The position numbers and the translations under genes were made by a program. DNA of 47,127 bases from Thermoplasmatota archaeon (GTDB taxonomy: Archaea > Thermoplasmatota > E2 > UBA202 > JdFR-43): contig JAPDJQ010000036.1 of assembly GCA_029259015.1 (NCBI GenBank), forward strand, positions 1-47,127, in the 5' to 3' direction. Below the pieces are notes generated by a model. The model saw only the letters and a list, made by a program, of their open reading frames with translations. It ran no database searches and was not told where the DNA came from. This document shows, in pieces, positions 28,101 through 35,157 of this stretch (the first letter of the stretch is position 1; each line of letters begins with the position of its first letter).

Positions 28101-29237
28101 GGATGGTACATTGACAATGTAAGCATTGAAGTAGATGGCAAAGATGTATTCCATGATGATATGGAAGATGTAGCTGCAAGTGCAGACCTCTGGTATCATA
28201 TGGTAACTCCTGCTGGATGCCACTGGCATGTTGAAGATTTATTTGGCGATGGAAATACATCAGACTGGTTCTGGAACGGCGAGAACAGAACATGGCATCC
28301 ACGGTATGGCAAGTATTACCCAAATGTTGATGAAAAACTCATTTTCGAGTTTGACTTGATGCATGCATATGAAGCCATTCTTACATGGCAACATAACTAT
28401 TCATTTGCGGATGAAGATGATCAAGGATGGGTTGAAATTTCAACAGATGAAGGAAATACATGGATACCTCTCAGGATTTACAAGGGAAATAGCGGTAATG
28501 CATGGGAGAATGAAGAAATAGATATTACAAAATATGCAGGAGGAAACAAATCGGTGCTTATAAGATACAGATTCATCAGCAACGAAAATGTTGAAGACTA
28601 TGGCTGGCTTATTGACAATGTAAGTATTGAGGGCAAAGTCGATTATACACCACCAACAATAACTGCAATATTGGATCCATCTTCACCAGATGGCAATTAT
28701 GGCTGGTATAAGAGCCCAGTTACAGTAACATTAATAGCAGAGGACAATGTGGAAGTGGCGTCAATTTACTATCGTATCGATAATGGCTCATGGAAGCTCT
28801 ATACTGCGCCGTTCACCATAGATGTAGACGGTGAGCATATCGTCGAATATTATGCAGTCGATGAGGTTGGCAATCCAAGCGATATTGGCGGCATATCATT
28901 TAAGATCGATCACACAGCACCAGCAGTCAGCATATTGTATCCACACAAGGGCTACATTTATCTGCTTGGCAAAGAACTGTTCAAGAATCCGCTTGGAAGG
29001 ACAATAATCATTGGTGGAATAACATTTGAAGCAAGTGCAAGCGATATAACATCTGGCGTAGACTATGTAACCTTTGCAATAAATGGCATGACTTATGAAA
29101 AGGCATCAGAGCCATATGAGATCTGGTGGCACAAATTCAATTTACTTCCAGCCAAATACACACTAACAGTATCTGCATATGATGTGGCAGGCAACAAAGC
29201 AACAGATACCAGCATGGAATTTACACATTGGCTGTAG
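25161..29237 (+). CDS. Giant N-terminally anchored cell-surface protein: five jelly-roll (choice-of-anchor-J/MAM-like) modules with CARDB-like inserts and two C-terminal Ig-like domains
   Basis: N-terminal basic-plus-TM anchor (MMKREKKRMGKVLVIVVSAVMIAAAIPATIA). Five modules end in FSIDNVTISV, MYVDDICIQL, FLFDDFKVI, WYIDNVSIEV and WLIDNVSIEG. CARDB-like stretches are present (VSVTNRGTEPI, VTVYNNGTLTKD). The C-terminal DYTPPTITA...GWYKSPVTVTLIAEDNVEVASIYYRIDNGSWKLYTAPF...GEHIVEYYAVDEVGN is Ig-like, followed by DHTAPAV...SDITSGVDYVTFAING...TVSAYDVAGN. Confidence 0.8.
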   Translation: MMKREKKRMGKVLVIVVSAVMIAAAIPATIARNGIHFSFDNNDNNDSNGIFNMNKVRDEGKPHPPIPPVGDVAVSPTDIIFYENFSSGLGQFTVDNVSGYGNYMWNNGGWMDWDSAYNPYYKIENDYLNATIDLTNLPECVDTILLQFDYWGDGGQFSVEIDGTAIGDSPYQGGIKSTAEIIISHSYIGQTFTLSFHVSGAIGETSREFSIDNVTISVNYTTDIIINGIEGMEDGGRYNTFPKMINVSVTNRGTEPIDKADFHLQIYKEVPFEPENYKCWNLESCFLTTWDTWSADGDQARWYWTEKRSHSPTHSYACKPDYLDTYEANSEDYLILHDWLYIPTTVGDKTVHTAFLNFSYWCKGEYTGYTVTDYGMVYIEDKTNPGDLIEVGGPYYNSDGKWVFEEINISDYIGHDIKIWFGWFSDDYLNYEGMYVDDICIQLSFTSDQPLVFQGYKYADFEPNETKTISFPVEFTPDEGTYFIQVYTDYEDCLPGIEDGDEINWTIWFGDVCDAAILNITAPAELEMPDEGYVNVPINVTVYNNGTLTKDVPVEVKVQHKLVDTIFEDDVESGDKGWYQWYIGGTGNPDFSWVITEKECYSATHAWAAWSDIVKQHPAGLDNGIATPEPITFDEGTDVVAMINYNFGADNVAFPVLATEGGIFMLGEYIGGGGYPYDIDAAPFKGSSGGWQLFSFNEYIRTHTLYWEKNDYWGGFGEVNNLAELVEYLSERYGVHEFRPGFHITTTTDGAEPTFSGFLFDDFKVIKEYTGATVWNYTIVAENLAPEEERILNFTWNATEYCDYVITAQVKLECDIDPSNDKKDTQTKIYEQMYIDENTWSQEDNTAWQPDDWHIVEECSICPTNHFWWNGREELNGYANERNDSLYINETFDWSTASQVWINFSTRYNIEENWDHGYVEVSNDSGITWYIMYDDIVGNSTGWVDITVPLIPVLTVPPTFFTDQMHVRFRFVSDEFEGWKGWYIDNVSIEVDGKDVFHDDMEDVAASADLWYHMVTPAGCHWHVEDLFGDGNTSDWFWNGENRTWHPRYGKYYPNVDEKLIFEFDLMHAYEAILTWQHNYSFADEDDQGWVEISTDEGNTWIPLRIYKGNSGNAWENEEIDITKYAGGNKSVLIRYRFISNENVEDYGWLIDNVSIEGKVDYTPPTITAILDPSSPDGNYGWYKSPVTVTLIAEDNVEVASIYYRIDNGSWKLYTAPFTIDVDGEHIVEYYAVDEVGNPSDIGGISFKIDHTAPAVSILYPHKGYIYLLGKELFKNPLGRTIIIGGITFEASASDITSGVDYVTFAINGMTYEKASEPYEIWWHKFNLLPAKYTLTVSAYDVAGNKATDTSMEFTHWL

Positions 29238-29250
29238 CCACTCTTCTCCC

Positions 29251-29269
29251 TTTTTTAATTTTTATTTTT
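29251..29269 (+). terminator. Oligo-T terminator candidate after the giant surface-protein gene
   Basis: TTTTTTAATTTTTATTTTT begins 14 nt after the TAG at 29235-29237. Confidence 0.35.
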
Positions 29270-29383
29270 AAATGAAAAATTTCCTCAAATTCATTTACTA
29301 TTCTGCATCCATCTTCATTACTTTGCTTTGTTCACCTCAAACCACAAAAGAAAATATTTTTATCCCTGCCACATTAATATATT

Positions 29384-30400
29384 GTGATTCTGAAAGATGC
29401 AAGAAAATTGGATTTATCATATGTACCTCCTAAAATTTTGTGCAGAGATGAAGAAATAAAAAGGTTGAAAATTTTCATGCAGGGTGGAAGAGCTTTAATA
29501 AGCGGTGGAGTGGGCACAGGAAAAACAATGCTTGCCCGTTACATAGGCGGAGATGCATATGTCAATTGTTATATGAACAAGACAGAGCATAGGGTACTTG
29601 AAGAAATTTTAAAGCAACTCAAGCCACGTTTCAATCCAGCTGGTTTGCCAACACAGAAGTTATGGAATGAAGTTGAGGAGGGAAAAACGATAATTTTGGA
29701 TGAAATAGATGGGATGAACGTTGATGAATTGAGACATTTTGCTTATGCTTTATCCAGACAATATGAACTCGGAAAGAAAATAAACTATATTGCTATAACC
29801 AGAAATCATTTTATTTTGAAACAGGTAATAAATGATGATGCCATATGGAGTACCTTTGCTGATAAAGCCATTGTTGAGCTAAAGCCATATAAATGGGAAC
29901 AAATAAAAGAAATTCTGGAATATAGAGCTAAAGAAAGTATGGAGGCAAAAGCCATAGATGATGAAATAATTTCTTTAATTGCAGATATAGCCTTGCATTC
30001 TCCAGGCCATATGAGAACGGCAATAGACTTGCTTAGAAATGCTGCAATGATAGCAGAGAGTAAAGGACAGGAAAAAATCACTCCAGACGATGTTAGAGAA
30101 GCTAATAGAGAGGAGTGGATAAGTGATTTAGAAAGCATGGAAAAGGAGGAATTGATTGTTTTCTTGGCTGTGGCGACGGCATGCAAAAATAAAGCTTATA
30201 CAAGCATGGAAGAGATTAAGGAAGCATTGGAGATTAAAAGGGAAGAATATGGCATTGACATTGATGATAAAAAATTTGAGAAAATCTTTCAGGATCTCCT
30301 GCAGCAGGATTTTATATACAAAAGCAAAATGGGCTATACAATTCTTAACTATCCAATTCATATGCTCATAAAGGAAATTGAAGGAAGGGTAAGCAGATGA
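29384..30400 (+). CDS. Orc1/Cdc6-family AAA+ protein (short paralogue, GTG start)
   Basis: YVPPKILCRDEEIKRL, Walker A GGVGTGKT, Walker B IILDEID, GHMRTAIDLLRNA, and a C-terminal winged-helix region. The ORF opens only at 29378, so the GTG at 29384 is the only plausible start. A TATTTTTAT box lies about 26 nt upstream. Confidence 0.85.
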   Translation: MILKDARKLDLSYVPPKILCRDEEIKRLKIFMQGGRALISGGVGTGKTMLARYIGGDAYVNCYMNKTEHRVLEEILKQLKPRFNPAGLPTQKLWNEVEEGKTIILDEIDGMNVDELRHFAYALSRQYELGKKINYIAITRNHFILKQVINDDAIWSTFADKAIVELKPYKWEQIKEILEYRAKESMEAKAIDDEIISLIADIALHSPGHMRTAIDLLRNAAMIAESKGQEKITPDDVREANREEWISDLESMEKEELIVFLAVATACKNKAYTSMEEIKEALEIKREEYGIDIDDKKFEKIFQDLLQQDFIYKSKMGYTILNYPIHMLIKEIEGRVSR

Positions 30401-30942
30401 AAATTCTTGTGCATATTTGCTGTGCCCCATGCTTTGCATACCCTCACAAAAGATTGATGGAAGAAGGGCATGAAGTTATTGGCTATTGGTATAACCCGAA
30501 TATTCACCCCTATATGGAATATAGGGCAAGAGAAGATGCTCTGAAAAAATATGCTGAAATTGAAGGAGTTGAAATAGTATATGATGAATATGATTTTATA
30601 GAATATCTGAAAATGCAACTGAAAAATATTGAAAGGCCGGAAAGATGCAAAAACTGCTATGCTTACAGGCTTGAAAAAGCTGCCAGATATGCAAAAGAAA
30701 ATGACTTCGACGCGTTCACCACAACACTGCTCGTCTCTCACCATCAATACCATGACGAGATAAAAAAAATTGGTGAGGAACTGGCAGAAAAATATAATAT
30801 TGAATTTTACTATGAAGACTTTCGTAAGGGATGGCAGCAGGGAAAAGCAATAGCCAAGGCATATAGCCTATACAGTCAGAAATATTGTGGTTGTTTAATT
30901 AGCGAGTGGGAAAGATTTGGAGGGAAAAAGAAAAATGAATGA
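30397..30942 (+). CDS. queH: Epoxyqueuosine reductase QueH family (DUF208) protein
   Basis: ILVHICCAPC, GYWYNPNIHPYMEY, CKNCYAYRLEKAARYAKENDFDAFTTTLLVSHHQ and KYCGCLIS match the DUF208/QueH motifs as I recall them. ATGA overlap with the orc1/cdc6 stop. Confidence 0.75.
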   Translation: MKILVHICCAPCFAYPHKRLMEEGHEVIGYWYNPNIHPYMEYRAREDALKKYAEIEGVEIVYDEYDFIEYLKMQLKNIERPERCKNCYAYRLEKAARYAKENDFDAFTTTLLVSHHQYHDEIKKIGEELAEKYNIEFYYEDFRKGWQQGKAIAKAYSLYSQKYCGCLISEWERFGGKKKNE

Positions 30943-31006
30943 AAAGTGTAACATTTCCTTTCATTTTTTCAAATAAAACTTAAATATTTCATCTTTTTAG
31001 CAGAAT

Positions 31007-32407
31007 ATGAATCCTTTCCTTAATCCAGTATTTACAGCAAAGGTTATTAAGGAATATTTAACAGGTGTAAATAGGGCCTGGAAGCTTAAGCCCGAAGAAA
31101 TTAAAAGATATCAGGATAAAGCTTTGAGAAGAGCATTGAAATATGCTTATCTCGCCCCTCTATACCATCGCAAGTATAAGGAGGCTGGCATTCATCCAGA
31201 TGATATTCATGGCATAGATGATTTGCATAAATTACCTTTAATTACAAAAGAAGATTTGATAAAGGGCTTCCCTGATGATATTGTTCCTGTTGGCTATAAT
31301 AAAGATAAAGCATTTCTTGTGGGCACTTCTGGCTCTTCTGGCAGGCCTGTAATGATGTATAAAGATATGGAATACCTTGTGATAGAAGCTTTAGGAGGGG
31401 TAAGGCAGCTTAAGACATATGGAATGCACTGGAGGAAGACAAAAATAACCAACATAGGAGACTTTTCTATTCCAAAGACAACTGATGAAGAATGCCTAAA
31501 AAAGGGGCTGCTGAAAAATCTTTCAACTTTCTTTTCTCTAGATAATTATCAGAATTTGTATACAGGAGAGGAAGCAAAAAATCTGCTCAAAAAAATGGAA
31601 GAATTTGAGCCAGAATTACTTATTGGCTATACAAGTGTTTTGATGGGAATAGCAACACTTAAAAGAAAAGGAATGGGCAAGAAAGTTAATCCAAAATACA
31701 TAATATCTAGTGGAGAAATTTTGGATGATTATTCGCGCAATTATATAGGAGAGGCTTTTGGAACAAAGGTTTTCAATCTGTATGCGACGACCGAAGGAGG
31801 TACAATAGCCTTTGAATGCTTACATGGTGGCTTCCATATAAATAGCGATTTTGTGCATGTGGAAATTTTAGATAAAAATGGAGAGGCAGTTGAGGAAGGA
31901 GAATTTGGGAGTCTCGTTATAACAAGGCTATATCCAGGAGGTACACCCATAATAAGGTATACTGGGCTAAACGATATCGCCTCTCTTACTGGAGATTATT
32001 GTGATTGTGGCATGCATACTCCATTGCTCAAAAATCTGGAAGGAAGAAAAAGAGATGCAATTATTCTGCCAAGTGGAAAGATATTTCCTCCTGCAACAAT
32101 TCCAATGCCTTTAGCAGAGGCTGCAAACAAGTATGGCACATATCAGATTAAAAGATTCCAGTTTGTTCAGAAAGCCATAGACGACATAGAAATTCGAATA
32201 GAAATAGATGAGGAAGAAAGAAACAAAGGCGTAGATGTAGAAACGCTACTGGAAGAAATCAAAAAGAATTATGAAAAACTTGCTGGAGGAGGCGTGAAAA
32301 TAGAAGTTAAAGAGGTAAAGGAAGTGGAGAAGCCAGAAGGAGCGACTTCTCCTCCTTTAATTATATCAAAACTGGATAAAAAGTTAATTGAGGAAGCATT
32401 GCTTTAA
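31007..32407 (+). CDS. PaaK/coenzyme F390 synthetase-like adenylate-forming enzyme
   Basis: YQDKALRRALKYAYLAPLYHRKYKEAGIHPDDIHGIDDLHKLPLITKEDL, P-loop GTSGSSGRPVMMY, YATTEGG. Confidence 0.75.
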   Translation: MNPFLNPVFTAKVIKEYLTGVNRAWKLKPEEIKRYQDKALRRALKYAYLAPLYHRKYKEAGIHPDDIHGIDDLHKLPLITKEDLIKGFPDDIVPVGYNKDKAFLVGTSGSSGRPVMMYKDMEYLVIEALGGVRQLKTYGMHWRKTKITNIGDFSIPKTTDEECLKKGLLKNLSTFFSLDNYQNLYTGEEAKNLLKKMEEFEPELLIGYTSVLMGIATLKRKGMGKKVNPKYIISSGEILDDYSRNYIGEAFGTKVFNLYATTEGGTIAFECLHGGFHINSDFVHVEILDKNGEAVEEGEFGSLVITRLYPGGTPIIRYTGLNDIASLTGDYCDCGMHTPLLKNLEGRKRDAIILPSGKIFPPATIPMPLAEAANKYGTYQIKRFQFVQKAIDDIEIRIEIDEEERNKGVDVETLLEEIKKNYEKLAGGGVKIEVKEVKEVEKPEGATSPPLIISKLDKKLIEEALL

Positions 32408-33837
32408 GCCTGCAAAGATTGCCACACTTCTTCCTCTTTCTCTGTCCTATATAATAATATTTTAAGCATGGAAAAGCCAGCCTTTAGTAAACGGATATCA
32501 AATCTGGAAAGAAATTTAATTGCCTCTCCTGCAACATACGATGGGCGAAAATAGAATTTTCTATATGCGATTTTCTTCCATTTTATTAACTCTTCTTGTG
32601 TAAATAATCCAAGACCTTTCCTGCAATTGCTCTCTACCAAATATTCATCTTCCTTGATTTTGCCTTCTTTGACTGCTTCATCCCATAGCTGCGAACCAGG
32701 CATATAGCGAAGAATGAAAAACTCGGCCATATCCAATGGCAGAGAGCATGCAAATTTTATTGTATTTTTTATATGTTCTTCTGTTTCGATAGGGGCACCT
32801 ATTATGAAAGTGCCTACTGTGAAAAATCCTGTTTTTCTGCTCAATTCAACAGCTTTTCTTATTTGCTCAAGCGTAGTGCCTTTAAGATAAAAATCGAGGA
32901 TATCCTGATTACCGGATTCTATCCCAAAGGATATCATTCTCACTCCCGCTTTCCACATTTTAGCATATAGCTCTTTATCTGCTGAATCCACTCTCGCCCC
33001 GTTGATAAATAGAGTAAGAGCTAGCCCTTTTTCCATAATCATATCCATTATTTTCTCTACTCTCTTGCGGCTGCTCATAAAATTGTCGTCTGCTATTATG
33101 ATGTTTTTATAGCCCTGCTCATATAGCATTTCTAACTCCTCAACAACATTCTCGGCACTTCTCATTCTATATTTGCCCATTGATAACAATCGCCTGCTGC
33201 AGAATCTGCATTTTCTGGGGCAGCCCCTGCTTGTAAGTACAGCTGTTGTTTTCCCTTCAAAGAGTTTAAAGCCATAAGTATGGCCATAATCATATTTCTC
33301 CACTAAATGATGAGCTGGAAAGGGAATGGTGTCTATATCCTTCACAATTTCTGCTTCTTTGGCAACCCTTATCCCACCATTTTTTCTGTAGTATATTCCT
33401 CTTCCCTTCTCCATTTCCAGTTTCCCTTCAAGAATCTTTGCCAGATCGACTATGCTTTTTTCCGCCTCTCCAATAACAAGCATGTCTGCAGGCATGTCGT
33501 GAAGAGATTTTTCCGGATAAAGAGTTGGATGCGGTCCCCCTATTATGACTGGAATTTCATTGTCCATGTCTTTTATTGTTTTTATTAGCTTTATGGAATT
33601 GTGGAGGGCAAAGGTTGGCACAGTAATGCCAATGGCATCTATCGATGAAATTTCTCTTTCTATTATTTTCACCACATTTTCCTCCCCACGGATATCTATT
33701 GCTTTTACATCATGTCCTTCCTTTGTGAGAATAGAAGCGAGGTACAATATGCCAAGAGGAGGAGCATAGAGAAATGATTTCTCACCTCCCTTAAAAGAGA
33801 AGGAATCCGTTGTTGGATAGAGGAAAAGAAATTTCAT
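32404..33837 (-). CDS. B12-binding-domain radical SAM protein
   Basis: N-terminal B12-binding-like domain (KFLFLYP...IDAIGITVPT...VIIGGPHPT), then TSRGCPRKCRFCS. Its 3' end overlaps the convergent ligase gene by 4 nt. Confidence 0.85.
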   Translation of the reverse strand: MKFLFLYPTTDSFSFKGGEKSFLYAPPLGILYLASILTKEGHDVKAIDIRGEENVVKIIEREISSIDAIGITVPTFALHNSIKLIKTIKDMDNEIPVIIGGPHPTLYPEKSLHDMPADMLVIGEAEKSIVDLAKILEGKLEMEKGRGIYYRKNGGIRVAKEAEIVKDIDTIPFPAHHLVEKYDYGHTYGFKLFEGKTTAVLTSRGCPRKCRFCSRRLLSMGKYRMRSAENVVEELEMLYEQGYKNIIIADDNFMSSRKRVEKIMDMIMEKGLALTLFINGARVDSADKELYAKMWKAGVRMISFGIESGNQDILDFYLKGTTLEQIRKAVELSRKTGFFTVGTFIIGAPIETEEHIKNTIKFACSLPLDMAEFFILRYMPGSQLWDEAVKEGKIKEDEYLVESNCRKGLGLFTQEELIKWKKIAYRKFYFRPSYVAGEAIKFLSRFDIRLLKAGFSMLKILLYRTEKEEEVWQSLQA

Positions 33838-33996
33838 ATTATCATTAAATTTATCAAGCCTTAAAAATGTTTTTGGAGGAGAGTGAATAAAAATCTATGG
33901 GATCTATCATAAATGGCTTGAGAAATGGTTCAGCCACAATTTTTTTCTAATTGAGGGAAAAAATAACTAAATCCTTTCATTATATTTGTCTATAGA

Positions 33997-35157
33997 ATGT
34001 ACTATAAAAAATTCTTTGATGAAGAAAAAAAGGAAGTTGTATTCATGATCAGAGATGTTATAGAAGTGAGAATAGCAAAAAATATTTATGAGAGCTATAG
34101 AAAAAAATACAGTGATGAAGAAATAATTTCATTCTGCCCTCACAAAAATATATACAATGCAGTCACTGGAAGAAGGCTATATTATATTACTGAAGAAAGT
34201 GGTATACCTCTGATTGGACACACTGCATTCGGCATAATAGACAGAGGAACAAATCTATTGCAAATTCGTCCATGCTCAGGCTGTAATTTAAACTGCATTT
34301 TCTGCTCTGTTGATGAAGGAAAGAGTAGAACGAGAGTAACAGATTACATGGTGGATGTGGACTATTTAATAAATAAATTTGAGGAAATTGCTGATTTTAA
34401 AAGAAGGCATTGTAAAAATTTACCAATAGAAGCGCATATTGATGGCCAAGGGGAACCATTTCTCTATCCACATATTGAAGAGCTTATAAAAGGATTGCAT
34501 GACATAGCTGATATCGTTTCCATACAAACAAATGGCACTCTCCTTACAAAGGAAAAGATAAAGAGGCTGGAAGGCTATCTTGACAGAATAAATCTATCAT
34601 TGAATAGTATAGATGAGCAGAAAGCAAAATTACTTGCAGGTTGTGCTTCTTACAACTTAAAGCATGTTTTGGAAATGGCTAAAGAAATAGCGAATAGTCA
34701 GATTGATTTGCTTCTTGCTCCAGTATGGGTTCCTGGCTACAATGATGACGATATGAAGAAGATAATCGAATTTGGAAAGGAAATAGGAGCGGGCAAAAAA
34801 TGGAAACCTTTTGGCATACAGAAGTATATAAAATACAGATTTGGAAGAAAGCCAAAAGGAGTGAAAATAATGAATTTCTGGACTTTTTATAAAAAACTGG
34901 ATGAGATGGGAGAAGGATTGCGTTTATATCCAAAAGATTTTGGAATAGCGAAATGCAAAGCGTTGCCAAAAAAATTTAAAGTTGGGGAGAAAGTGAAGTT
35001 AAGGATAGAGATGCATGGAAGACTTAAAAATGAAATGCTTGCCATAGCAAGAGAAAGAATAATTCAGATAACTGATACAAACAAAAAAATAGGAGATTTT
35101 GTGAATGCTAAAATCTTAAGAAATAGACATAACATATATGTGGCCGAGGAAATATGA
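33997..35157 (+). CDS. Radical SAM protein (archaeal COG2100-like) with C-terminal beta-barrel, possibly TRAM-like (start may be ATG 34045)
   Basis: The cluster motif is RPCSGCNLNCIFCSVDEG. The C-terminal KVGEKVKLRIEMHGRLKNEMLAIARERIIQITDTNKKIGDFVNAKIL resembles a TRAM/OB-type barrel (inference). Confidence 0.75.
   Translation: MYYKKFFDEEKKEVVFMIRDVIEVRIAKNIYESYRKKYSDEEIISFCPHKNIYNAVTGRRLYYITEESGIPLIGHTAFGIIDRGTNLLQIRPCSGCNLNCIFCSVDEGKSRTRVTDYMVDVDYLINKFEEIADFKRRHCKNLPIEAHIDGQGEPFLYPHIEELIKGLHDIADIVSIQTNGTLLTKEKIKRLEGYLDRINLSLNSIDEQKAKLLAGCASYNLKHVLEMAKEIANSQIDLLLAPVWVPGYNDDDMKKIIEFGKEIGAGKKWKPFGIQKYIKYRFGRKPKGVKIMNFWTFYKKLDEMGEGLRLYPKDFGIAKCKALPKKFKVGEKVKLRIEMHGRLKNEMLAIARERIIQITDTNKKIGDFVNAKILRNRHNIYVAEEI

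Noticed and set aside
29238-29383. Replication origin upstream of the Orc1/Cdc6 gene
   Set aside because: I could not find repeated ORB or mini-ORB-like elements (TTCCA...GGAAA type), nor an obvious duplex-unwinding element flanked by inverted boxes. The spacer looks like a terminator plus promoter.
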